Source: Acanthaster planci
Lineage: Eukaryota
Length of the DNA: 62,000 nt
Reading direction: 5' to 3'
Assembly (NCBI RefSeq): GCF_001949145.1
Contig: NW_019091402.1
Coordinates: 2,108,001 to 2,170,000, forward strand
The notes beneath the pieces are model-generated. The model made no database searches, had not been told where the DNA came from, and saw nothing but the letters and a program-made list of their open reading frames with translations. Made by a program: the position numbers and the translations under genes. This document shows positions 46,767 to 60,507 of the stretch, piece after piece. The stretch's first letter is position 1. Each line of letters opens with the position of its first letter.

Positions 46767-49379
46767 TTTGCTTCCATATATCTGCATTTAAACACGTACA
46801 TGCACGTAAGTTTGGGTAAAGAGTCTGGGTAACCGTCGATCAATGGAACCAGACTATTGCACAGCCATAAGTAGGGGGCGGAGTTAAGTAGCATAGTCGG
46901 TAGGGGTAAAATGACGTACAGATATGGACCACAAGATCTAGGAAGGGGTGCTTCTTGCAGCCACCAGTGCTCACCAGAATACTCATTTTGAAAGGGGTGA
47001 CGGAGTCGTTGAAAGAAAACCAAAAAGTTTGAAGGGGGGGTTTAAACATCTATAAATTTCTTAAGAAGTTTATGTCACCTTTTTCAAAGGTCCCTTAGGG
47101 ATAAAGCTAGTGCTTTGGTCCTTGTATACGCCATCAGACAGAAAGTGTTGTGAGAAAAATCCCCAATGTCGCATTTCTTATTATTTCTCTGTAATTTCCT
47201 CCGAGGAGGCACCCCCCCCAGCCGGTACAATGACTAGTCGACTACATATTATGTTACCTGCTGTAAATATCGTCCCTGGGTTGCTTCGTAAAGTTCTACC
47301 CGAAAGTGCATAATTATCTCGTTTCGATTATTGCACACTGACCTCTCTGAGAGTTGGGATGATTGCTCTTATCACGGAGCTATTGAACACATATCTCCAT
47401 GCTCTCTCTTATCGGGTCAAGCGATTGATGACTTTGTGGTGTGTAAACTTCCAAACAAAACAAACCTCTGTAGGGATTTAAAAATGTAAATTTCCATTAA
47501 AAACGCTGCAGGAGCAATCATGCGTCAACGACCAAAGTCTAATGCCGGACTTCAAGGCCTGTCACTGCTAAGCAAACAATCATGTTGCGTAGGACGCACG
47601 GGATTTGACTCAAGAGTCCAGATTACGGGCATTTATCTATTTCCTGACGACAATGCATGGCTCCATGTTAATGAGTATTTGTATGGCTGCAAATAAATAT
47701 GGTGAACTGAAGGTTATTACCAGTGTTTTAACTTAGTTTCCGCTGATTTGATTTCGTAAAGACTTACAAAAAGTAAGAATACGGAGAATAAGAAATCATT
47801 GTGCGATTCCGATGTGCCGGCCCTCGTAACTGAACTTAATTTCGGGGTCAGACACATAATTTTAGGGCCTAGAATTTAGCTCCGATATTTTGTGTTCAGG
47901 TAAAAAATGACCTTGGACGGATTCCGAATGCCAAACATTAATGCCTCCTATACTTATGAGACTAAAATACAGCGTTGACTATGTTTTTCCCCTCACATTG
48001 CAAGAGGCGATTCCGGACCGTAAACTCAGAGATCGAAGTGAGAATTGAAAGCTTGAGCATTATTTTCACAACACCGCATACCAGGCATGGACCCCGCCCC
48101 ACTTAAAATACTTCGCTAAATGGCCAGTTTTTCTTAGAAAAACAAGATTATCGTGGATTCTTCCCACGTTTTCGAAGAACAGCCTCAACGTTTGGGATGT
48201 TTTATAAAAATACAAAATGATTAGACTAAATTTGTAATATACAAAAGAAGTATTTTAGTGAAGTCCTTAAAACGCACCTTTATTTCAATGTAACCTCATT
48301 TCCTATGTTTAATTTGCTTTTCTATCTGTGTTTGGTCCCTTTTGGGTTTTATGTTATTGAATTTGCATATTCATGAGCAAAACTGTGATGTTATCCGAGA
48401 CACTCAACCTCAATGTTGCACTGATTTTTGCAGAAAAATTGCTAAATTTTTTACACGTCAGTATCGAAGATTTCCATTTGCTTTGGTGTGGCAATTTATT
48501 ATTGAATGATCTATAAATTTAGTTCAATGCTAAATCAACAGGAATGATAATGTTAATTTGTAAATGGCCACTTAGCCCGTGAGCAACATTTTCTAAGGAA
48601 TGTTTTCAAAGAGTAAATTTGGGGTTCAAAACTCGAACATGAAAATATGAGACTCACACTACAAGAGTGCTCTTTAGCTTGTAAGGAAAAGCTCGGACAA
48701 TTTCCAATACTTACACAAAAAGTGAACTTTGCATTTACTGTACTCCAAAAAGATTTCAGCTTTCATACTGAGGAAGGGTTTAGACATGTACAGTGTAAAG
48801 GGATTCTCAGAAAAATATGATAACGCCGACAGGATGACGAAGCAAGATATTTTGGAGGTTGAATTTCCTGGCCAAGGCTTTTCCTGGTTTTTCCACAAAG
48901 GTCTAAGTGCAGTGCGCGTAAAAGAAAATGCATGATTGGTACCTGTCATCCTTCGCCACTGTTCAAGGTACAACCCATCATTTGCAGTTACATAAAAAGT
49001 AACTAATACAATGATTGTGGAAAACCGTACTTGTCGGGTACAGAAACTCCTTGTGAATTTTTTTTTCTGGCAAGCTGTCATTTAGAAAAAAAAACACTGA
49101 AAGGTAGTCATTTCCAACGATACGTCTAAAGACACATTTTGGAAACTCGTCAATAGAAGCGTGGACAAGCGCTGGCAAGCACGCGCGCGTGCGCCATTCA
49201 AAACATTTCTCAGGAAGTTGTTATTTGAAATCAAAATCCTAGAATATTGTTTTTCTGGAAATATACGGCATTCATTGAATTGAAACTTAACTGGGGTTGT
49301 TATCAGACACCCTTCTTCAGATTTCTAGTAATATGGTTGCCTCAAAGGAACATAATGAACAAAATGGTCGTTGTGTAGA

Positions 49380-49492
49380 GGCCCCCTTTAATGGCGGTAC
49401 AAGCACTGTGACAGCTATTCAAGTGCAGAGCCACTGTTCTGTGACAGCTGCTTCATACAAAACACAATGCTGACCACCACTGAAGAGGGCTA
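49380..49492. mobile_element. Short TIR element, copy 2 (copy 1 at 36520-36630)
   Basis: GGCCCCCCTTTAATGGCGGT ... ACCACCACTGAAGAGGGCT imperfect TIRs. Confidence 0.6.
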
Positions 49493-50699
49493 TTACAAAC
49501 TGTCTAATAAAACGTTCGTGGAGTTGTCAATACCGTCTGTCGCTGCCATAGAGGGAGTTGTGACATGAGTGTCTCGATTCGTTGGAACCAAAATGGTGGC
49601 TTATGCATCAGTGCACATGCACAATTAGTACACAATAGTTGCATGCTGTACGGCACACGTAATGAACGACAGCCATATTGGTTCCAAAGTCTGGTGTTAT
49701 ACTCTCTCCATAAACAGCTCTGCAGGTCGCTGTAAGCATGCACTGCCCCCAGGCTCTTCACTTATACGTTACAAAATAATAGATCCACCACCGAAGAAGA
49801 TTTCTCTTATATTTATTAAAGGATTCTCAGCCAAAAAACTCATTGATCAAGAATGGATTCACACATTAAGCAATGCAGCAATTTAGTAAAACACAGACGG
49901 AAAAACAAAAGGCAGCCAAGTCGTCACAGTCAGAACAGATGCATTATTTTTTGCATGTTCACTTTCTTAAAGTAATAGTCCCATCTTCACATGCTTGAAA
50001 GAGATATACGATATATAGGACACAGTAAACCTACAGTTCGTACAAACTAACAAAATCTGAAAATACAATACAGCTCGGAAACTGGTGCTTTGGTCATAAA
50101 AACGGGTGGAAGAACATTGTTTCCAAAGTTTGATTTTCGAACACAAAAAAGGCCAGCTGGACTTTTTTCCTCAATAAAAGTGCCATCCCAGTTTCTTTCT
50201 GCCAAGAAAAGTTTTTAAAACTTCTTATTAATAACGAAAATCTATAGGGTGAATAACCCTTAAACTGTGTCCGCTCCGTGCATACCTTTTTTTTTCAAAT
50301 CCGTCGGTATCTTATCGCCAGCCACTTCGAAATAAAAACAATCCAATTAATGACAGCACTGCTGATAACAAAATTGGCATGTATCACTTTGACCGAACAG
50401 CATTTTGTGCAAAGTCGGTAGTTGCTAAAGCGCTTGTCTATGGAGGCTGCTTCATACTTCAGGCAAACCTACACGCAAAGTGCGTTTGAAGTTACAAAAC
50501 GTTTCTGGCGAAATTCGCTCGAGTAATTCGCGAATTCGTAGAGTACAGTGATACTAGTTTATCTGACCTCACAGAATCGCGCTTGTGCGAGTCGTGTTCA
50601 ATTCACACCGAGGATGAACCGGCCTTAGGCTGTAAACCATTACATGGAATCACACCTTGAGCAAGTACGCAAGGAGCGGATATCTGAGGAAGCTATTAA

Positions 50700-53000
50700 T
50701 TAAACGATGGTCTCGCAAATAGGCCTGCCGTCACACGCGTTCTCGTAGTATGGCACGAACAACTGCGTGAAGGTGACGATAGGGAACAAGACGAAAGCGC
50801 CGATCATGGAGCCGATCTGAGTTACTCCACCGTACCAAATCAGCAGCTTGCGGTTGTCTGGCTGGCAACGGAGTATCCAAGCAATGGTCGCCTTGGTGTA
50901 CACAAAGAATCCACTGACCAAGATCCAGGCCAGAATCTAACAAAAAAAAGCAAACAACAAAGTATCGTTGAGTAATTTCTAGATACCATAACACATGCAT
51001 TTTCAGAGCAAGAGCCAATTCTCACTACACGTAGTCCGTCCACGGTCACGCTCACGCGCGATGATCCACGCGCAGGTCCAATACACGTGCGTGCGTGTTT
51101 GTTTTTTCTAAGGAGGTCCTGTTCACTGAATAAATCCATAAAATGTAGAGACAGGGGTATAATAAATGAGGCGTCTCGAGAACACGACTAGTCAGGATCG
51201 CCATGATTAATACAAGGTGTAAACAGCTGGCCATGTAAAAAAACCATAATTATTGTTGTGTTTTACATGCATGTTTTCACCAGGGCCGGTTTGGTCAATC
51301 CATTTGAGAGTGCTTGAAATTCAAGCACATAACGCCTTACACATCAGAAAAACTTGAAATATATGACGAGATTCTTTCTACATTCGGCAAACTGTAATTA
51401 TTAAACCTTTCAGGAACCTGTCTTCAGGAGAATGTTAAATCCACGGGGGAAAAAACCTCAAAGCTAGCCCCGCAAACGTTGATTCCGAAAGCAAGAAATA
51501 CCCGTGTGTATATATCGTGTAAAGGATGTCTAAAACCACAGAAATCCTCTTATTATCAGGATTATGATAGACAGTGCCTCTGACTTTGACGAACTATCTG
51601 ATCGAAAAGTCGCCGATAAACTGCGTCATTTCAGACGTCCGCAGTCTTGTCAACAAGACAAATTAGTGTTTTTCTGTAAAGCAATGCAGCGATAATCTTA
51701 GCGACGTAAACATTATGGGGAATTTCTACTAAATGTGGCTTCCGGCTGAACTCACAATGATGGCATCACCGGCAACTTCATGCTGCAAAGGAGGAGCTGG
51801 GCTGAGCCCTGCAGTTAAGAAGCAGAACACTGCCGCTAGAGCTCCAGCGCTCATCGTCACACCGACCAAGGGCAGGCTCCGGGAGGGGAGAAGCATCACC
51901 AGGAACGCCGCCAGGGGATTGGCGATGTTGGCCATGGTGGAGGCTATCAGGTAGGTGTTGAGACCGTATGGGGCGCAGGAGTAGGTCTGGATGGACGGCA
52001 GGGCCCCGTTGCTCATGGCCGTCACGAACGCCAGGATGATGAAAAGGTAGGCGAACTGACGACGGCTTAGAGGCGGCTGGGACCGGACCACCTTTCCCTC
52101 GGTGGTCTGGTCTCCGTCGGGCTGGACATCGATGTCCCTCTGGGACGCCGCGTCGTCGCCAGATGACGTGACGCTCAAGACCAGCATGGTGGTGCTATCC
52201 GCGCCTTTCACCGGGGCGTCCTCGAACTTGGGTTCCCCGGTCTCGGGCCGGCACTTCTTGACGTGTTCGCGCTTGGCCAGCGGCAGGTAGTTCAGCATGG
52301 TGAAGGACACCAGGCAGGCTGTCATCATTGCGAAGAGGAACCCGAAGAAGTTCTGGGGCGGGAAGCGTTCGGGGGTGTCCCGCTGCAGCCAGTTGGTGCA
52401 CGTCTGGTTCACGGCAACGCCGTCGATCATGGTCTCGTTGATATAGGTGTTGTTCGCTATGCACTCCTTGGTTCCAACCCCTTGGATGAGAGCCACGATG
52501 CTGGGCAGGAGCGAGCTCAGGCCTTCCCCGATGAAGTACCAGGTCAGGTAGGAGTTCTTAAGGACTGACATGAAGGGCGTGAAGGCCACCGAGGAGGTGC
52601 AGTCCACGACGGAAAGGAAGAAAGCCAGGCAGAGCAGCGCCGTGCTGTGCAGGGCGCCGTCGATGGCCCAGACCGTGTAGTAGTCCCAGAAGAAGACCAA
52701 GAGCAGCGTGGAGACGCACCCGATGGACACGATGATGAAGTTAGCCGGGATCTCCACGTGCAGCCCCTTGGGGCTGAGACAGTTGGCCAGGGAGAAGATC
52801 AAAGGGCCGATGTTGGCAAGCTGGATGATGACAGTGAGGTAGGCGGCCAGGTTGTAGCCCTCCGGGACGTTGCGGGAGACCAGGAGGGGAAGCTGTACCC
52901 ACAGACCGTTAATAGCGACCCACGATCCCGTGCCGAACAACATGACGAGTACGATGACCGGTACGCGGACATGAAGTGGGCTTTTCTCCTGTTCAGCCAT
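50700..53000 (-). CDS. SLC52A: Riboflavin transporter, SLC52 (RFVT) family; 2 coding exons, about 493 aa
   Basis: Exons 51756-53000 and 50700-50936 (ATT|gtgag ... ttag|ATT, phase 0). Family motifs: FGTGSWVAINGLWVQLPLLV, PEGYNLAAYLTVIIQLANIGPL, VDCTSSVAFTPFM, YFIGEGLSSLLPSIVALIQG, SNGALPSIQTYSCAPYG, GGVTQIGSMIGA. A 5'UTR acceptor near 53042 implies an upstream non-coding exon. The vertebrate paralog (A1/A2/A3) cannot be assigned. Confidence 0.93.
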
Positions 53001-53178
53001 GATTATCTCTTTCTCCTTTACGGGGGGATCTGTTACACAATCTGCAATCCATAGAAAAAAAACTGAGGTAACACACGATATATGGGTTGTAGCCAGCCTG
53101 CTGAAAGGACCAGTCCTTGTTTGTGAGACCTTAAAGAATATACAGCTGTAATCATTTAGTTTAAATACAGACCTTTAA

Positions 53179-53682
53179 AGTGCCTTACTTTCAACTTTTT
53201 TTCACTATTTCAGATGGTATTTATTGCCTTCATTCTTATGCAAATGATTGTTTCCATATTCATGAGCAAAACTGTGATGTCATCCTAGGAAGAAAGCCTA
53301 AATTTTACATTGATTTTTACACAACAAAGTCCCATATTTTTGTAGATTTTGCTAGACTAATTTTTCTCTTCTTTGCTGATATATTGTTTATTTGTATAGC
53401 AATAAGCAAGCACCAATCCCTTCTCAGAAATGTTTTCAGTAAGTAAATTCCAGGTTCACAATTGTAACAGGAAAACCCATGCACTGAACTATGTCTTCCT
53501 GGATGACATCACAGCAACAGCGCCCTCAGTTTTTCAGAACAACATGGATAACAACAGTGTTTCAAAATTGCACTTTTCAGTGCATTTAACCAAACAGGAG
53601 TGTAAAAGAGTTTTCATACTTGGAAGAAAAGTACAAAGTTGCAGAAAAATTGTGTCCAAGAAAATTTAATTGAAGCTTCACT
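53179..53682. mobile_element. TTAA-flanked non-autonomous DNA element (Kolobok-like)
   Basis: TTAA|AGTG..CTTTCAA ... TTGAAGCTTCACT|TTAA, with internal inverted repeat CTGTGATGTCATCCTAGGAAGA / TCTTCCTGGATGACATCACAG. Related sequence (CATATTCATGAGCAAAACTGTGATG) occurs at about 48365. Confidence 0.55.
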
Positions 53683-56600
53683 TTAAACCCTTTCGTGCCA
53701 CAAATAATTAACAGCTACTTGCACGTGGAAACCGAGAAACTTCAATATGCGTACAGTCGAAGCACATAAGAAACAGCATGAAGCTCGGGATAGCTCATGG
53801 GTGAGAGTATAGCATAGCCAACAGTGGCAAAACTGCATGGGGTACATTTTGCAGGGAGGCATTTGGGGCAGCCTCGTTTCCTGAAGGGGGCGCTCGGTGG
53901 GCTGTCACAGTTAAAACGCTGTTAAAAAAGTTAAAAGGCGGACTGTCACCAGATACTTTCCTTTCTGGGGGAGGTGTACAAGTGGAGGGGGCAGAGAGAC
54001 CTGCCCCCGTGCTCCACTGCCGGCAACCCTGACCAAAGACACACCCTAGGCTCTTTAGAGGTACCAGGCCTGGTGTAATTATGGAGGATGAAAAGTGGCC
54101 ATCTGCTTTTCTGCTATCAGAAAAGTAGAAAAGCAGATTTTACGTCTTTGTGATGTTCATGCAATTTCCGACTTTTCCACTTTTCTGCGTTTCTGCTCCT
54201 TTAAAAATAAATTTTATTTTTCCGTTTTTGCTGGCGGCCGAAAAGTGGCCATCTGCGGAATGACCCCCCCCCCTGGAAAATAGAAAAGTAAATTATTTAA
54301 TGTCTCATTTTTTGCAGACAAGCAGAACAATGATGAAACATTACATGACATGCATTGTTTACACTGGTATTGGAGCACTTACTTTCAGTTGTTCTTATTA
54401 TTGTCCCAATTTCTTCCCTTCATTTTTAAGAGCAGGGGGGTTTTGACCCCCCAACACCCCCAACGGATCCGCGCCTGAGCAAGACCTGTCGAGAAATATT
54501 ATTCTGCCATTCAAACAATGCAGCCACGGCTACACTCAACGTGGGCGAGTCGTCCAACGCACCTACATCAGCGACAATCCCAACCGACCCCTGGCTAAGT
54601 TTTCCGAAGCTAAACCATGGATGTCACAAACCTCACTTGCGCGGCCGTGCTATGCTAGTAATGAACGTATGGATTTTTGAAGTCTCCTTGAAGAACCTTG
54701 GACAGTCCTTGCTCTATGATGTAACTAAGGAGGGGGGGTTAAGCCCCTCAAACTAAAACCCCTGCCCCCATGTGGATCGACAGAAAAGTCCTCCGTACTT
54801 GAACTGTTACCATGCTGTTACCAGGAGAACGAGGGCCCCGGCTGTGCCCATTATGAGTTGGTCCCAGTCCTATCACTAATTTTATAACTCAGAATCGGTC
54901 ATTTGTACGCACGGAAGAGCTGAATGGGAGTTCGATGACCAATCTTAAATTGAGTATTTCCGTTGCTAGCTATAAATAAGTCCGTACCCCTCCCTCTAAA
55001 AGGTTCCTTGGTACATGGGCCAGGACAAACGTCTTATGTGCTGTATGTGTTACAGGTAAACATGATGTGATGTGCTCACAGAGCTTGAAGTTGAACAGCA
55101 ATGATTACAAAAAACTAGCGGTGATAAACCATGGAACACTCCATGCATAAAATATATAACTTCAGTATAACAGGACTATGGCAGGAGAGACTTCTAAACG
55201 GTGGCATCCAATGTATGCCTTAGGTCAACCACCAAAATCAGCGCACGATAACAGCAGCAAGGTTGACCACTGGAGGCTGAGGAGAGTAGGCCTATATGAG
55301 CAAACAGAGATATTCAATGCATGCGATGGGGGCGTACGAGCTCTTATCAGATTCAAAAACTTCAATGTCGGATTGAGTCACCGAGTTAACACGATCGATT
55401 CAAGGGCCCAAATGCCTCGATGTTCGTCAGTCGAGTTTATCAGTCCTCAATTGTCTCTGATCAAAGGAGATACATACGGGAATGTTGGGAGTGCTTGTAC
55501 CCGTCAATGGCGCCTGGGCTCAAGGCTAGATGCGACAAGGATGGAGATACAAACGCAACGATGTGACAACGACGATGCGGCTGGGCACTCCGTGCAGCGT
55601 ACAGTGCTCAACTGTACGCGGTCCGCTGGGGTCACATACAACGATGCCAGCATCAGCGCACACGCAGAGGACACGTATGATTATGCACAATTGCGGGTGA
55701 ATCAGCATTTTTTTTTCTTTTCAACAAAGTCTAAAGGCTTTGCATTGACGTGTGCATGTACCTGTGTGACGATAATCGATGGCCCGGGGACGCGGCCGTC
55801 AACGCTCCTTTGTCAGACTCTACCGGCAAGTTCAGGGCCAGGTCATCGCCGTCCACTACAGTAAAAACTAATGAATATAAATGCAAATCCTAGTTTCAAG
55901 CATGTGGAACATGCGTAAAAAATAACATCACCCCGATTTACATAAGATCGACTCGATAGTACAACTACACCTGAATTACGGCGAAACATCATCCACGATG
56001 GACAGCCAAGGGGACAAAATTTAATACTTTAAAAATTGTTTCTTGATATTTTCCCTGCCGTGAAGTGTGACTAGCACTTAACAGCCAAATAACTCAGCCA
56101 TAGGCTTAAAGGTGCGTTTAAACAAAGCGTTCATTGTGTACCAAAATCATATAGCCAAAGATAAAGAGGCCACGCGAAATGAAAATAACCCAATCTCATC
56201 ATACTATAGACCCTTCTTTTGTTTACAAACTGCGACCAACATTTTGCATGGAGGGCCAAAATTTGATTGGCAACAACTTCAGGTTTTAGTCATAAAAACA
56301 CTTGCTTTATCATTAAAAAGCAGAGATGCTGTGCTTTTCCTTAGGGCTTAGTGGTCGTGCTGTGATGGCTTTGCGATGTTTTTAACCCTTGGTGAATTAA
56401 TTACGTCGCCTGCAACCACATGCACACTTTGCCAACCAACTATTGGCAAAAACTATCACTGAACCGTGGCAAAAGAAAGTTCTGCTTCATAGAGACATGC
56501 CACTTCACCTGATTATCACAGCCTTTGCTATTCATGTTCTCCAGATCGATAACGTCATTTTTACAGAACTATTATTCAGATTATTCAGATCAATGTAATG

Positions 56601-59600
56601 TTAAGCGCTGAGCTCGTTGTGAAGTATGCTGCTGCGAGATTTCTGAAAAGACCTTTTTGACACTGGGAAAGCATATTCTTTTTCAAACATGAAACAGCGT
56701 ATATATCACTGGGTTTACGTGCAACGTTTCTTCGTTTCTGCTCTCCCGAAAAAAAGTATGATTTTTTCCCCAAATGTTTCTGTTTTCAACACTCCAGAAG
56801 GGTAGAAAGGTCTTCACTTTTCTGAAATGGCTGTTCCGCAAAATCTGTATTCGACGATTTTTGTTTGACACGCTTTTTCAAACATATGCGCAAGTGTAGT
56901 GAAACGATAAACAAAAATTGTCGTATTCCAGAAAAATCCAAGATATGTCAGATTCTGCACCTGCATCTTTTGTATTTGGTGTTTTCCCTAATTCACAGAT
57001 ATCTCTTGCTAGAAACTCTTCCATTAGACTTTAGCGCCTCCTGAATGGTAAAACCGTCTTTTGGATTTCCACCAGTTAAAAAATCAGTTTGCCTGTAACT
57101 TCAGTTCCAGCCAGTTACTGTTGGTGTTGTCTGCAAACTTTTTGACCTACGAAAATGGTTCTTTCGTTTATCCTGTGCGTTTGTATTCAAACATTCAGAG
57201 AGTAAAATATCCCATACGGCTCGACACGCTTGAGATAGCGACTTCATAAAGCCAAGAGTTTAGCAGACAGCACTGACATTATTACAATGCCTACGTAAAG
57301 TGTACTGAGAAGCATTGGGAACTGCTGTACGATGTAACTTCGAATAGAAAATAGCGAAATACCGCATGGTATCAACTTCATTCACAGGTAGGCCATATTG
57401 ACCTAAGGGTAAGATTAAGTTTTCATATGGGGAACCTGGGAATAAAATTGAAAGCAATAGAAGTTTATTACAAACAAATGTCAAATTACGTTGATGCATA
57501 ATTCAAAAATTGTGATCGATTATATGCAAATGTTGCCACACTTAAAAAACGAAAGTGAGGTTCAGAACCCAAAATAGTCTGGGACCACCAAATTGAAAAC
57601 ATTACACTGAATACGATTCTCAGAACACTATCAAAAATGGCTTCCCTGTAAACAAGGTCTTAAGTATTCCGAACTCAACTGGATAGTTGTTGGTCCAATC
57701 GTTGTCCTTGCGGCTAGCAAACGTACAGAAGGCGGCAAGGCCTTGTGGTAAAATCTTTGCCAATCCTTTTGTCAGTACATTTAAAGCCCCTCCCTTTTTT
57801 GAAAAGGAAATTAAGTTTCATTGCGCAGATTGTGTCAAAATGCCCAGTTCACGAAACAGATGTACACTGTGTATATGCAAAAGTTTACATCATCACGAAA
57901 TTTTTAAGGCTTTTTATTTAATTGTTCTCCCTATTTAACTGGTATTGAATGCATTTTGGTTGTTGGGAAGTATAAAGAATTCTTCACTTATCCCCTTTAA
58001 GTGTTTCCCACAACGAAAAAAGTTGGGGGGGATTGAACAGCGTACTCCCCATCTTCCGGTATTTACGCAAATGAAAATGCCCATCGACGTGGCCAGTTTT
58101 ACTAGCAATGGTCCAATGTGAACCGAATATTTGACGCTCTCGCATGCCTATGCAATTCACGTTAACTGTCAACTTTCATTACATTTTTATTTCATGGTTT
58201 AATAAACCATGCTATATATCGCACAATACAACCGCAGCATAATTTAGAAAGTGGATTAAAAGTATCACCATTCACCAAAGCTAATCGACTGCAACCCAGA
58301 GTAGAACCGAACCGTTAATATCATTAGTCACCACTGATATACAAACCAGAACGTACATAAAATTCGCGCATGAATGCGACGATATTGGAATAAGGAAAAT
58401 AATATATAAACTGTGAAACTTAAAAGTGAAACTACATGATTAATTAAACTATAATAAATCCTTCTAACACGAGTGCTTGGGGAAACTGGGTAGGGATGTT
58501 GACAGAAAACACCGCCAATATACAATCACTTGAACTTGAGTTTTGAGAACATCATAACATAGACATAGAACTTTTTATCATTCTTTCTTGATCGAACTTT
58601 ACGCTATTTCGTGGTGTGTAATAGGTTAGATACCATTGCAATTGGGGTTTTGGCACAGTGCGGCCAAGGGGCTAGAGAGTTTAAGACTGTGGAAACTTGA
58701 TTGAGGCGTTAATTGAGGCAAAAAAGGGATGACAAATGGATTATAACCATCTCGACGGTGATGATCAATAAAATATTGCAAAAAGGGATGGTGAAAATAG
58801 ACGATAAATAACTACCCTTGTAATGCATCTATAGCCTAATCTTTAATTTTACCTTAATACATGTAGCACAAATATAACATTCAATTTTGCAATAGGAAAA
58901 TAAAACTCTGGCTTTTTACGTGCCTACGTAGTTTACGTTAAGTTGGTTGCAGCAGACCCGTATCAGGCGTATAGGAGGAACGTTGCACCATGGAGGTTAC
59001 AGTTGAAGTTCAGAGTTTTTAGCTCATTATTTCAAATTCTGCCGGTCAGAATTTTTGCTTGCCTGTTTATCCCACTCCCTGGCACTATACGAATCAAGTG
59101 TTAAAGGCCTGCAGATATTATTTTCAGATAGTAAAACTCACCAGTTATGAATGACTCCGGAGCTGAGAATAATATGCATTATGCTTCGCTTTGATTCTTC
59201 ACTTGTGTAAGCGGCCGAGGACGCTTACACAATTACAATCATGCCACGTGCGGTGTGTATGTCCCGCTTAATTCATGAAATTACTTCCCTGTGCTGTGAA
59301 TGATCGAATCACGGAACTATTAAACACCTCAACACTGAGCCTGGTGTGCGAGTCTACTGCTTCCTTTTGACTTCCTCCTCGTGCCCAATTGTCAATGGAA
59401 AGATTGCAATTGGTGCGACGAAGGTCCCCACTTGGACCCTCAACTGGAAAACAGAGCGTATGTACAGTACATGTACAGTGTACTACATTGTTGCTCTACG
59501 ACTACTGCAATCAGCACTGCGGTATGTACATGTACATGTATATACCGCTATATAAAACAAAGAATTACAGTACATGGCCTTCGATCGGCCTGACATGCCA

Positions 59601-60416
59601 GATAGCCTTCAGGTTTCACGTTGAAATTCGAGCATGGGTGGGTGACAAGCATAGGTGTACCGGATATGAATGTAGGCTTAGGCCGACCATGGAGATTCCT
59701 TCCTCCAATGGGCCGACAAAGCTTGCAATATGAGAGCTATTATATTTATTTATTTATTTCCACCAAACCCCCATAATTGGAGAGAACAAATTCGATACAC
59801 TAAAACCAGGTAAAAATACTGCATGATAAAGCGACAATTGGTATACACTCAATTTAATACTCATGTGACAAAAAACATAATTCCCAAACGGTAGAGGACG
59901 GCTGGCCAGTTTATTCAGATAGGTAAAGGAAATTGTCAAAACACTGGAGTTGTCGGTAGAACTAGAGTTGTCAATACTTACGCAAAATCTTGCATTTGCA
60001 GTAAAATCGTGCCTGCGGTCTTTGCGCTTCCTTCACATACTTTCGTGAAACAATAGCCGTCAATAGCGTTCTTGGGATAGAGCCATCGGTACGAATCAGA
60101 TAGTTGAATGTAATAATTTATATTATGCCCCAAACTACAGCCAGAAACCTCGACAATTCTGGCTTCACTGCGATCTCCACGTGATGCCCTTTGAACGGGT
60201 GAAGCAGGGCGCCCTCCAGAAGTCAGGTTACCTGAGGTCAAAATAACCGGTTGGATAATTATTTTTCCCCGTTCATACTCGTACTCAAAGTGTTGAATGT
60301 GCGCTCTCAAATTAATTACAATATAGCATGCGACGTCAGACATGTGGGTACGTTCGATATCTGCAGCTTCTTCATTTCCCAGCACGTACGCACGAGTAAG
60401 GAATAAAACCGGCGAA

Positions 60417-60507
60417 ATGGCTTCCCTCAGAGTTGGAAAATCAGCAGTTTTGTTGGCAAGAAGATGCTTTCTCAGGCCAAATATCAGAACAATGGCAGCC
60501 GGAGGTG
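60417..60507 (+). CDS. COX5B: Exon 1 of a mitochondrial precursor, most likely cytochrome c oxidase subunit 5B; remainder lies beyond the window
   Basis: gaaATGG start; MASLRVGKSAVLLARRCFLRPNIRTMAAGG-G|gtaagt is an Arg-rich presequence with no acidic residues. It ends RTMAAGG at a phase-1 donor, as recalled for COX5B (RSMASGG|GVPTD). Only the transit peptide is visible, so the identity is tentative. Confidence 0.6.

Noticed and set aside
55178..55864. 228-aa ORF on the + strand
   Set aside because: No recognisable domain, it runs through a poly-T tract, and it has no supporting exon structure; probably a chance ORF.
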